NCBI GenBank assembly: GCA_043228905.1
Contig: JBHGNT010000020.1
Coordinates: 1,488,001 to 1,552,000, forward strand
Direction of reading: 5' to 3'
Origin: Azolla caroliniana
Lineage: Eukaryota > Plantae > Polypodiophyta
DNA length: 64,000 nt
Under the pieces are notes generated by a model. It was given only the letters and a program-made list of their open reading frames with translations. It searched no databases and was not told the origin of the DNA. Below are positions 33,501 through 46,383 of the stretch, piece by piece. A program made the position numbers and the translations under genes. Each line of letters starts with the position of its first letter. Position 1 is the first letter of the stretch.

Positions 33501-36500
33501 TTCCACGACAATCATTGGCAAGCAACTATTTGAGTTCTTAGGTATTTGGCCAACATACTCGAATATGGTCTCTCTTTTAGAGGCGGCATTGAGCTTGTTG
33601 GCTACTCGAACGCTCACTGGGGAGGTGATATTGATTCTAGAAGGTCCACATCTGGCTATTGTTTTGTTTTAGGCTCATGCTTAATTTCATGGAAATCAAA
33701 GAAACAAATTTCAGTTTCTACTTCATCAACCGAAGCTGAATATCGAGCCTATTTGGATACTTGTTGTGAGTTGCTTTGGTTAATGCAGTTGTTTTGCCAC
33801 ATTGGTGTTTTGTAACGTATTCAAGTTTTCATTGACAGCCAAGTGCTCGTGCATTGACATATAGCTCAGCATTTCACGGTAGAACAAAACATATTGAAGG
33901 GCACTACCATTTTGTTCATGAATTAGTGAAATCACAAGTCATCAACTTAGCCTATTGTCCTACTCAAGAAAATGTGGTTGATTTGTTTGCTAAGCCACTT
34001 CCAAGTCCAGCCATTGATAAACTCCTCAGTCGACTCAATGTTTGACCACTGTTCTAGAGATGAGAGGCGGTGTTGGAGGGGGGAAACTCCAAACTTGCAC
34101 TCTTTTTCATCTTTATTATCTCTCCTCTACATTCTCTCTCTTCCTACATCCTTCTCTCTCTAGAATTTGCAACTCTTTAAATGTCTTCTTTCTCTTCCAC
34201 TTTTCCAAGATATTCCCTCCTATTCCTCATTTATTGTACTTGTTTGGTAGTACAAGTCGTACAAGTCACCTAACTACCAAACAACCATGTCACCCACGTT
34301 CCCCAATTTTGTGAAAATAGGCTATGCCAGGCTCTTTTGTAAGAGCTTTATTTTTTGCTGCTACTTGCAAACTGGCTCTACTCTTTAGTTGTGTCTACTT
34401 TTTGCAACTATTTTGCTACGGCTGTGTAACAGCCTTCTCACAACTGGGCTGTGTATTTTTTCTTACAACCGTTCTGCTGCTGCTATTAACAGCTTTTCTC
34501 ACAGGGGAAGCACAACCAGAAGGCTCTTAAATAAGCTTAGGTTTTCACTTTACAATTATTACCAGGAATCCTCTTTCAAATAAATACACAAAAAGCTTAG
34601 TCAAAATTACAATCCAGAAAAGAGAGACTACTCAGATGTTCCATATGATGATCTAATATTCCTGCTGGTAGTGCCAATTTTGAGCATGAAGAACTTTGCA
34701 AGCCAAGGATTATAGCTCATGACTGCGATGCGATATATGGCTTTGACGGCTGCCTAAACATAATATAGGAAGAGTCAAGTCTGCACAGTATCACATGTGA
34801 AATAGCTTGTACTTAACAACGCGTGTATGGAAACTAATTTGCTTTCAGTCAGGAATCAGGATGTGCGTGTACCATAATAAATGTCGTCACCGAGAAATAG
34901 ACAAACAAAACTTCCAACCTTTCCCATTCATTTTTACCAAGGAACTAGGCATGTACTTTCTAAGACTCCAGCCATGCAAACTTCTCATTGAAAATCATTC
35001 AAAGATTGGATAATACATTTCCTGTGGAAATATGTACAAGAACATTTAAGCAATGGTGGCAAATACCCCCATTTATGTCTCATAAAGTTGACACAGGAAG
35101 ACTGGTTGTGTAGACTGGGGAAAAACAAAAGCATCAATCTTAGCATTATCAGGTACATGAAAGAAATGGGTTAAAGTAACTTTTCCTCCCAACCATCCCC
35201 GAACAAAGGAATTGAGACAGATCTCAAATATCATCAGCATCCCATACCCCAAAATCTCAGGTTGTACCTTAGATGCAATCAACACAACCCTATTGTTAGC
35301 AAGAGCCCTGTCACACCACAGTTGTCTCACAATGTTCCAATGGAGATATTTGTCTCCACCCAAACAGGTTGGCTACTCCTCATTTTATATTAGCATATTA
35401 GGTCCTCAGGCCACCACATGTACTAACCATGTGCCATGACCTTGTGTAGTTGACTCATATTCTAAATTTAACCTTAACCATTAGAAATTTACTCGTAAAT
35501 AATATTTTATGGTTGTGCACGTAACATCATACAATGCCATTATAGCTTGATCTCCTACACTCTTCAACAGCTAAGTCTCCTTGAGAGATATCAGGGAATC
35601 ACTAACAATTACAACAATTCTTCTGAAAATGGGTTATGTTCTGCAGAATGAGCTGAAGATACCTAAAGAGTGTATGATCCTTGCTACTGACAATTATATC
35701 AGATATTATTAGTGATCTCCACAAGGATTGTAATGTAAACAACAACGTTACTTACATTCCATAACTGTCCAAAAGCTCGTTATTTGTTCCACAATTTACA
35801 GGTACAGGATTTTCTGTTTCTTTGATAATTCAAATGTTGAGAAAGACAATGTAGTCAAAAGAGAAAGGTAGGAGTAAATCTCTTCTATATATAAGTTTTA
35901 GTTCAACTTAAAATCCAACTCAAACCATTGGAAAACTTTACACAAAACATGCAGAATATATTTCATGGCATGTTCACTTACATGCACTTGCAGACAAACC
36001 CGGCTAGCACACATAGCCTTGGAAGAAGATTCAACACAGTTCATGGAATTGATTGATGGAGGAGCACGGTATATTCAGTGGTTTTAATGCACATCGTATC
36101 ATAATAAAGCACCCTCAACCAGTTTAACATGATCTTTTGGGGCTCTGCACAAACCCCTCTTATCTGTGAGATAATATAGACATCAACAGGATATACAACA
36201 GATCTACATCAGGGAGATATGAATCACAACTAGTTCACCACAGGTATATGTGGCATTAGAGCTCAATATCTTAGAATAGTTACCCTAGAGGGCAGAGATA
36301 TATTGTCATAGAAATACTTTGATAGAGAGTGTACCCAGATGCGACTCATTTTTAGAAATCAACTCTACACTACCTTGATAGCTAGAATAGTTACACAAGC
36401 CAGCAGAGAGACATAGTCCTAGAAATACTTCGAATAGAGTGTACTCAGATGAGTTTCATTTTACAGAAATCAACTCTAGACTGTCTTGATAGCTAGAAGA

Positions 36501-39500
36501 GTTACCCTAGAGGGCAGAGACACATAGTCATAGAAATACTTCTATAGAGAGTGTACCTGGATGAATTCCATTTTATAGAAATCAACACTGAGCTAGAAGA
36601 ATTGCCCTAGAGGGCAGAGATATACAGTCATAGAAATACTTCTATAGAAAGTGTACCCTGATGAGTTCCATTTTATAGAAATCAACTCATACACTACGTT
36701 CAATAGCTAGAAGCGTTACCCAAGAGGGCAGAGGAGTTTCCGAGCTCAGGAGAGACCCAGAGCAGCAGCATACATCAACGAGCAATCAGTGAGATCCAGG
36801 CACTTTGCCCATCCACTCTGACACAAAACCAGCACTGAGGATTGTCCACACCACACCCACACATGTGGTACATCCTCAGACAGGCCCACTACATTTCCAT
36901 TTTAAACTTGAATAACTGACATATATGTATGTATATGATTCTCTAATATTAGAGCTCCCACCCCTTGGTCCTTAATTACCACTAACTTTGACAGTTTGTA
37001 TTATTTATTCTAGAGATTAAATCTTATCATTTACCTCAGTTCTAAATACCCGGAGAAATATGCCCTAGTAAACATAAGGGATAGGTATCTTCCCATCCCT
37101 CTCCTTATCCGTGTCATACATGGAAATCTTCTGTTGCCAAACTTTAATACTAGACATATTCACAGAAGCCAAAGTCCGCACGTAATGACTGCATACATGC
37201 AGAGAACTACATGTCATCCGAGAGGAAAAAATGAAAAACGTCCTTACCTGAGAATCAATGTTATCCCTCTGGAACTCGCAAATCTTTCCAAGCGCAGAAA
37301 CTGCATTGTCTGTTGCCATCACATTGTCTGCTGAAAATGCTGTTGGCTGACTGATAATATCTTGCAATTTCGCCAAAACATCTGAATTTTGAATGAAAGA
37401 ATTTCAGGTTAAATTAGTTTCCTTTAACAATACATTAAATATAGATGGCATTATTGCAATCCATATGAAACCGTTGACACCCCACCTCGAACAACAGGTT
37501 TGAATTTTGCACCACCAAATTCCGCACAGACACCAATCCCATAAACAGCAGCCTGAAACAAATGTAAGCTGCAGTATTATACTCTTCTTACATTTATCTA
37601 CAACCTCCATGCAAAAGAATGACAATTCAACAACTACCTGCCTAACATCACTATCAGGATCTGTACATGCTTCTAGAAGGAAGGGCAGGAATGTATCATA
37701 GTATCTGCACAGGTTTAAAATAACATTATTACTAGCACATCACTAGACCTTGGAAGTACAAAGCAGGTTCTTTCATGCACCAAATGAGCTTACTTTATTC
37801 CTGATTGATGGCATTGATCTGCTACATCATCAAAAATACAAATGGCAATTCGTCTCTCCTCTGGTGTACGATCTTTGCCCTGATAAATAATGGTTTTAAT
37901 GTTATATATAGCTGCTAAAAAGAGTAGGGTACAACCACAGCCAAATAAAATATGGTACATTCGATCACAGTCAAATTAAAGTACCAGCATTGGTGTAATG
38001 AATGGGATAAGTTCTTCAAAGAAAGGTAAAAACGGAGCCTTGAATGTTTTTATGAGGGTTCCCAGGCACTCAGCAATCTGCAAACAGAAAGTAAATTATT
38101 TTTAATGCATTACAAAGAAAACTTTCATTGGAAAGAAGCATGCAGACAGTCAATTATTATACTTGGTCAAAGACTTCTTCCTCTTGGGCATTTTCTTCTT
38201 GCAAAAGTTCTCCTTCCTCTGCATCAAAATCTTCCGTCTTAGATCGTTCTGCCCTTTCTCTCTTTCTAGTACAGCTTGCAGTTATTGCCTGCTTAAACTC
38301 ATCCACCATCAGCTTAATGTGTCCACCATCGAGTAATACTCCTGCTATCTGCAATCACAAATTGAACCTCAGAAATCTTTCAATGGAAACATTTAAAAAG
38401 AATCAGTGTTTAACTGCAACACAATGGCCAAACATAATCAAATATACCATTTCTACGAGCACTTCTAAACTTTAGGAAAAGCATTATATCTATATGTTGG
38501 CACATATTCAAATTTTGTAACAGAATACTGTTCATTTATATACACATCACGATATGATTTTAAATATTCAATTAGAATTCAATTCCTTGTCTTCCATTAA
38601 AATGAAAGTGAGTCCAATTTGGCCACCTTTAATTACTCCTTAAGAGAGCCCCCTTGAGTTGCAAAGTTTTCCTATTGTCTTGCTCCGAATTACAAAAAAG
38701 AGATGCAGGTTACTTAAAAAACCGAACAGTACACGCCGTGTTTGAACCTAGGGAGAGACCCCAAGGACTCTTCTCATGTATAATTCGAGCTTTCCTCCTG
38801 TTACCTCTGCTTCGGAGATTTCTAGAGATATTTTTCTTACTTTTACAACCATTATATTTTGATCTTTTGGCCTAAATGTCATAAGCACAAATGCACTACC
38901 CCCATTCCAATATAGTTTGGATTGTCCCAATTCAGCATTACCAAAGTTGAAAAGGATAGAGTGATCTGAACTGATATTATCAACTTAGAAAACAAATAGC
39001 ATGAATCAGCCCCACATTAGGAAGACAGTCCACTATAAGACACTTCTTAAACACATTAGAGGATGGATTTATCAGCAGCCCACTTATGTAGACATACATC
39101 TATTTCACGTGTTGTGCAGTTGTGATAGGGCAGCTGTGAACTTCTTCAGATCAGTTAGAGATTGAGGTAGTAGATATGCACGAATTCCTCTAGAAGAAAG
39201 AATTTTCTAATTTTTTCGTCAACGAGTGGAATCTGAAGAGCACTATATTTGTCATTGTACTGCTTTTTATGAAATTAGAGGGAGATACCATTGCCTCTTT
39301 AAACAAGGCTTTGGCTCACTATGCAAGGTAATGGAATATTAGGACCAACTTTGCCTACGTCTTTTCTTGCTAGAACTCAAGAGACACGGGGAGAAGTTAT
39401 TGAAGGACAGCAATACAGCCACACAAGCTCATCAACAAAGAACAATCACAACTTTATTTAGCCCCATCACTCCTACCCATGCTACAAGTCAATCATGGGC

Positions 39501-42500
39501 TTCACAAATGGGCCCCTCACCAGGGGTTACAATAGATCGGGCAATAGTAGTTTGTCATGCATGTAGGCCCCAGCCTCATGAACCATGATCTCACCACCCT
39601 TGTCATCAACACATGAAGGCCATTATCTCCCACCATTGCAGGTGTTTCCCTCACTTCAGAGGCCTCTTCATTCTGGATCGACCTATCCTAGAAATCTTTC
39701 GAAGATAAAATTACAATATTTCCGACTTGAGAATCTTGCATGTATAGATGATGATATTCTTTAGTCACATCTTATTCTATTTCTATTTACTTTTTTACTT
39801 AGTTAATTTATTTTGGTTTGTTCTCAAAAACGAGACTACATTTTACGATGTAATCTCTTCTATGATCTTATTGGCCATTTTGACCTCTTAAAAGACGTTA
39901 ATATATCTTTCTTTCTTTCTATAAACGTTGTAAGGTGCAGAATCTTGTTTGGCCCTATCAAGCATTCTCTTAAAATATGTTCATATAGTTTTCTTTGTTT
40001 CTCCCCCCTATAGCTGGTTTCTTGGGCTCACCATCTCTTTTCAGGTCAATAGATGTGAACCTAGATATGCGTGTCACTAAAAATATGACCTACCAACTGG
40101 TACGCTATAGCTCCAATGAGAGAATTGACTCTTCCACTGTGTAAGGATGCCAGACCCACACACTTCATGATAGAATGAATAATGCACTGCTGTCCAACAA
40201 AGCTCCACAAGATGGACAATGTTATTCCTGTTCCATCAATGTGTATCTAGATTTTCTAGATAAGATCCATTTAGTGTGAATTCCTTAGTTGAATTAGATA
40301 GTGTGCTCAATCCATGTGTCTTAACGATTCTGTATTTCTTAAAGCAAAAGACTGCATATGAGATACTCGGAGATTTCAGGCATGCACTGACAAAAAGAAA
40401 TATTCTAATAACTGATTGGTGCGTAATTTTGGCACTTATCGTTACAACAAATGAAGTGTGCCAACTCTCTTGACTTAGAAAGTACACGATGTCAAACAAA
40501 GTGTGGAGAATTCATGAGGACTACTGTAGGCGAAAAGTTTCAGCTCTGACATATATATGCCTTAAACAAAAAGGGTTGAGAACACATCTTAAAAATAGAA
40601 TATGGAAAATCTAGTACCCTTCGCACCTCATCACCCTGCAACAACTTCATCTTCCATGAATGGCTCCTCTACACAATGGAGATATATCACCATGTCATGT
40701 ACCTAAATGGTGGCCCTACATACCCCGCTGAATATACCTCACCACTAAGACAGCTGATTTCCTACACCTTGTCTTTGGGGACACCTTCCTCTAAATCCCT
40801 GTTGTACCAGCAAATCCAAACAATCTGCGTGTGGCATATCAACAACTGTTTTTACACCAACTTGACTAGACATGTGACATTAGTTCAATTAGAGATTAAT
40901 CTATGTTCTTCCTGGGCACTAGCTACAGATTCTACACAGAACTATTAAATTTAAGCTTCAAAAGACCAAAGAATTTTCAACATGTAATGCATAGTTATGG
41001 TAAAGAGAAGCTAGGCTTAATCTGCCATAATGCTACTTGAGAGCTTTTAATACATGTCAAGGAGAGGCCAGTAACTTAGTAGATTCAACAAAGAAAGTAA
41101 ACCTTTCGCTGTCATTTTTCAGGTATCTTTGCAGATTTTGAACCAAGGCAGGTTCTTAAAATTTGTCTATTCAAGGACAGGTTTGCTCCTTCACTTGATT
41201 GTCATTGACAAACTTGAGATTCACTTCGAGGATGTTTTTTATTATAGTTACGTTAATCACACAGATTCCACATGGATTACCTTACATGTACTGCATGCAT
41301 AATGCTATTGAGATATGAGCATGTGTCACACAGTTTTCAATTCAATTCAATTAGCTGCTCCTAAGCAATTGTGCTGTTTTGCGAGAATAATTCAGAGAAA
41401 TATTTGGGGCAATGTCAATGTATTATAAAATACGGTTCAGATTTACAGGGACTGTGAAGATTTAATAGATGATGAGCTGCAACAAACTTAAGTGATGCCA
41501 TACTTGCAATTGAGAATGATTGTTGGTTGAAGAGTAAGATATTAATTCTTTCATAAATATGTTTACTCAGAAATTATGTGGAAAAATATGTATGGACTCT
41601 GTCAATGGGAATAAACTTGGAGTAGCGACAAAAGAATGAAGTTAATAGTAACAGCAGAGAAGAATGAAGTGAGCACCAATATTTAGATGAAGATGAAAAA
41701 CACAATTTTGAGCAGCATTAGAAGATTAGAAAGCAGAAGTAAACCATTTTGAATGGTACAAAAGAGGGTAATAGGAGCAACATAAGGCATGATTATTCAC
41801 CATCCTCTCAAAAATTGTACTAAACTCACCATTCCGTTCTCCCAAAATCCTGCTTCTTAAGCCCAATCTATCTAGGCAATAAATTTAGGGATATCAATAG
41901 GTCGTTCCTAATTATTTATACGAAGTTTTGAGAGAATCTTGTTGCAATATGACATTTCACTTTCTTGGCCATCCTTTTTTAACAGTTATCCCAAAATCCC
42001 GCTTCTTAAGCCCAAACTATCTAGGCAATAAATTTAGGGATATCAATAGGTCGTTCCTAATTATTAATACGAAGTTTTGAGAGAATCTTGTTGCAATAAG
42101 ACATTTCACTTTCTTGGCCATCCTTTTTTAACAGTTCTTGTTTTTATAGCTCATTTCTATAGACAATTATATGGGTGTATTGTGATCTTTGAATTTGGTA
42201 GTAAAAGCTAAAGTGCAAATCTTATCGATAAATAAAACTGAGTTCAAATCATGTAAAGGAAGCAGAATGAACAAAAAGAAACCTGCAAGCAATCATTGAC
42301 TGATTCCAGCATACTTGAAAGAACTTCTGTTTCAGGCTCCTGAAAAACACATTTATTAAAACGAAGTTAGCAATGCAGAGTATATTCATGTGCAAAAAAG
42401 AGCTTAACATGTCAAGAAGGAAATCAAACCTTATGCAAAGCCTCAACCAGGGCAGGAATAATATAGTTTGCAAGTTGCTTGACATATGATTCATCCCGTC

Positions 42501-45500
42501 CAACAGCAACGCCTTTTTCCACTGCCAGTTTGGCATCACGCAGCAAGTCTGACATTGCTGAAGAAATGGAAGAAGATTTTGCACTTGAATATCACTTGCC
42601 GATATGCATGCACTGTAAAAGACTATGTATATCACTTGCCCACAAAGGGATCTTTAAACTGAATACGCTTTATGTAAGACATGATATATGGATGACTCAT
42701 CTAGAGTATTTATGTCACTGAAAATAAATTGGGCTGAAACAGTAGTGACAACAAATACCTGAAACCGCAGCCTTTCGAACCTCTTCATGAAAATAGAACT
42801 TCAACAAAGGTACAAGCAAAGATGCTACCTTTAAATGGAGAGCAAAGTTAAAAGCAAGTAAACAAAGGTGAAAGCATGGACATCATTGATTGTATACAAT
42901 TTCTTACTTGATCAATCCAAGGATAAAATCCCTCTTTTAATTCCGCAGCATAGCAGCAAAGCATATTGCAGGCAGTAGCCTTCTCCTCCAATATGCTTGT
43001 TCGAATGCCAATCTTCTTATCACCAATTGTAATTGTTTCCACACTAAACATGCCAAAAAGTCAGATTTCACAATGAGAAAGTCGAGCTCTTACAAGGTTT
43101 CCAAATAATCACCTTTCATCATCAGAATCTATGCCATCATTCTCTGAATCATCTGCATCTGTAATGGTCACATCAGGTTTCAGTTGGGCAGAGTGTAAGA
43201 GTGGTGGCATAACAATGTTCATGTATGGCAGGAAATCTTGTCCTAAGCACTTGCATAGCCGTGCCCATGCCTGTGTTACACATAAAAATGCATCATCTTC
43301 GAGTTATTAAACCATGCTTCTACATGTAAACCATAGCCAATTTTACATCAAGCAGAACTAAACATACCTGAAGCATGTAGCTTGTGGTTGGATCATCATC
43401 TTCTAATTGAGATCCTTGAAGGTTCATAAGTACCTCCATGACCTATTTCTTCCAGAAATTAGCATGAAGTATGATATATAAGTTCTTTTAAAAGTGAACA
43501 TCGTTCAAAAAACTGCACCTGCTTAGCATCCTGCCCAAACTTTTCTTTACCAACAGCCATTCCCACAAGGCTTATGCATTCTAAGGACTTCGCCCGAAGC
43601 ATTCTATTTGATTTATCAGTTGCATTGACCAAAATAGTCTTCAAGTATGGCATGACAGCATCATAGTATACTTGAAAATTTGTCTGAGACAAACAAATCA
43701 CCAAGAACTTGAATTAAGAAGAAACCCAAGAAGATAAAGGCAAAGTTTCAAGTTATAAATGATTCTAAGCAAGATCTCTCAACAATGCAAGCATATTCAA
43801 GAAAATATGGCTATATTGGCCATACTCTAACGAGGACATTTAACAAATAAGAATATAGACAAGATCCTCAAGGATAGTCACTAGATTGAAGTTCCCAATA
43901 AACAGGTATAAGTTGTCTTTTGAAATGCTGAGTTTTATAAATTGATCCAATTGAATTCAAAGGCCTACAACATGCTTATTAAGTAAGTTCAATGCCCATT
44001 GGTTGTCAATATGCGCTATTTTAAATTTTGTGTCCATTCAATTCCCACACCCATTTGACTTCTGCACCTCAATAGCATATTTTCCAATTTTGAATATTGT
44101 ATCCTCGAACTACCCAAGAAAACAACATTCAGTGGGATCCCATGATACAAGAACAAATGTGTGTCTCTTACACTTCTGTATTACCCATGCATAGTCGTTA
44201 CACCATGACTGCTTTGTGAACTATAGATTTGCAAATTTAATGGAATAATCTTTTAAATACCTGAGTTGAATCTGCAACTGATGCAAGGGCAGTCAAGGCT
44301 CCCTCCTGAACCATTCGCTTTCCATTCTAGACAGCCGAGAAAAACAAGCCTATAACCTTAAAGTTCACTGAGCACATACAAGAAGTTAAGATATACCAGA
44401 GCAGTTACCTGCAATAATATGAGTAACTTGCTCACTATCGCATCCAAATATGGCGTCAGAATTTGGGGCATGCAACTCTCGCTGAAGTTTAAAATTGCAG
44501 CTGCAGCGTGAGCCTGTATGTGGAAAGAGCCAAATGAATACATTCATAAATCTTCATTTACATACTGCCACAAGAAAAATGCAGATATTGATTTATGTAA
44601 ATAAAAATGGAACTAGTGGTGTACCTGTACTCTTGGATTTTGATAGTCATCCATGGCTCCAACAAGAGATGGCAAAACCCGCTGATGATATTGCTCTTGA
44701 AGATCTGGACCAAGATCTGTTGACAGTTGTCCAATGCTGTTGATTGCTGCCCATCTCACTCTTGGATGAGGATCTTGGAATGAGTTGAGAACCATACTCA
44801 CAACTGGATCAAGATTTTTAATCATGACCTACAACAAGATTAAAAACAACTAAAAACGCTGAGTTGGGAACATGGAAACCACAAAGCCAAAGAAAACCAT
44901 GCCATCATTTATAAAAATAGCATGTGTCCATGGGAAAATCAGGACAGGTAGACTATTTGTAACATTTTTCTTAGCATGATAATACTTTTATTTTGTATCC
45001 ATTTCTATACTTGAGTGCATGCAGTTACAGACTTCAAGTATACCATCAATATTAGCCTACCTACAAATGATCTCCAGATACATTTATTGAGTAACATAAA
45101 GACACAAATGAAGGCATGCAAAATCTTCAGATATTACCAAGCTAAGGTGGAAATGGTCTTACCTTAGCACAACCTTCTGCAATCTGAGCGAGGCATATCA
45201 AAGCTGCATGTCGTTTCTTCCAATCCTGATCTGCAATGTATGCAGGAAGCAACTCGGAAGCAACAGGCAAAATAGTGTTCCCCCCTAATGAATTGGCTAG
45301 CCTATCGAGACATTCTTGCCCAACTTCGTAATTGCTACTCTCACCCGCATTCTCATCTTCAGTCTCAGCAGAATGCCACAAAGGTTCATCATCCACATCA
45401 AGAAGCATCTTCAAGAGAACAGCGAAAAGCTTTCCAATAAAATGAGGTAGTTTCCGCATCATTCCGGGGGCTCTTTCTCTAGCTTCAGCGAGGGTAATGA

Positions 45501-46383
45501 GGAATTCCACTGCCAGGTGCCGGGTCGCCTCCTCGAGGCCATCAGCATCAGCAATTTGCAGCATACTACTAACCACTTCCACTAGTTGTTTCCTAAGGAA
45601 CCGGGGCTCTGTCCCGGCCACTTCAATGAACATTTCTAGAGCTTCTTGGGCCGTGGCCTCTTCGTGGAGGTCTAGGGCTTGAGTTAGGGTTTGCATCATA
45701 CCTGGTAAAAGGTCTTGAAAGCACTCTCGATCCTGCGGCGTCTCGAGGGTCTGCACAAAATTGGAGGTCGCCCGAAGAGCCGCAAGCCTAACATCTCCCG
45801 GCATGGTAGAAGCCAACGTCTGTTGGAAAACTGCATGAAGTGTGGGCAAGTGGGGGTGCAGCTGAGGCCCCATGTATTGAGCTAATTGCCCGAAGATCAT
45901 CAGAGCGCTCTCTTTCCATCTGCTTGTATCCGAGCTCACGCACTGGAACAGGAAAGGCAATAGCTCACTCCACTGCCCATCTTCAGCTATATTCGCTGCT
46001 AGCTCAGCCACGGTGTCGCAGAGCTTCTTCATCACTCCCTTGATCTGTTCTTGTTGAACGCATACAAGAAGCTGGTCTTTCACGGAGCTCTGCGTTTGAG
46101 GTGAGAGCTGCGGCCATATCGCCAGTTGCTTCCGTACTAGGACAGCTGCCATGGATCGAGCTTCGACAGCAGAGGAGAAGCGTAGTGTGTGGACAAGCTT
46201 CAGGACTAAGGTGTCGGGGTGCCGGGTCCTGCATAGATTGAATAGATGCTCTGCTTGGCCTCGAGCTTCATTCCCGGAGCTCAGTAGCTGAGCTATCAAT
46301 GCTTCGAAAGGCGTCGTGTCAGGTCCGAGTAAAGACGCAATCTGTGCATCAAGATTAGCAGGGTTCTGCTCTGAGGTAGCCAT
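27540..46383 (-). CDS. IPO5: Importin-5 / karyopherin beta-3 (Kap121/Pse1, plant KETCH1-like), 20 exons
   Basis: HEAT-repeat motifs WSELLPFLFQC, ECLDRLANSLGG, DPHPRVRWAAINSIGQLSTD, IGIRTSILEEKATACNMLCCYA, ATDNAVSALGKICEFQRD. GT-AG exons: 46383-45163, 44828-44625, 44513-44409, 44326-44261, 43683-43519, 43442-43368, 43270-43113, 43043-42908, 42828-42759, 42557-42430, 42339-42283, 38348-38163, 38077-37985, 37879-37794, 37704-37638, 37552-37486, 37381-37248, 28042-27948, 27862-27796, 27704-27540. Confidence 0.93.
28520..34564 (+). mobile_element. Highly degenerate Copia in importin intron 17, with its 5' LTR broken by a LINE
   Basis: 28534-28625 matches 34087-34175 (LTR copies); protease VDSGA ~31225; LTLWHGRFG; KWIFKTK..KHKASLVAKGYS; GYSNAHWGGDIDSRRSTSG; PPT-like GATGAGAGGCGG then TG at 34071. 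Ends approximate. Confidence 0.7.
28640..30940 (+). mobile_element. 5'-truncated non-LTR retrotransposon (LINE, RTE-like RT) with a duplicated 3' end
   Basis: VKQGCPISPTLFGLYI and LLYADDIVL RT motifs; C-terminal CQLC..E.KEHYVCHC; 3' region 30170-30530 repeated at 30605-30940; (TCTT)n tail ~30572-30595. Confidence 0.85.
36270..36735. repeat. Intronic minisatellite, ~112-bp unit, ~4 copies
   Basis: Recurrent TAGAA(T/G)AGTTACCCTAGAGGGCAGAGA...CATAGAAATACTT...AGAAATCAAC at ~36273, 36384, 36495, 36594, 36708. Confidence 0.8.
38880..39920 (+). mobile_element. 3' fragment of the same LINE family, in importin intron 11
   Basis: Aligns by eye with 29545-30590 (GCACTACCCC..TTCCAATATAG; TTTAAACAAGGCTTTGG; TCTTTCTTT tail). 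Confidence 0.85.
41840..42136. repeat. Tandem duplication, 2 x ~149 bp, nearly identical
   Basis: CCCAAAATCC..GCTTCTTAAGCCCAA...TTTTTAACAGTT at 41841 and 41990. Confidence 0.9.
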
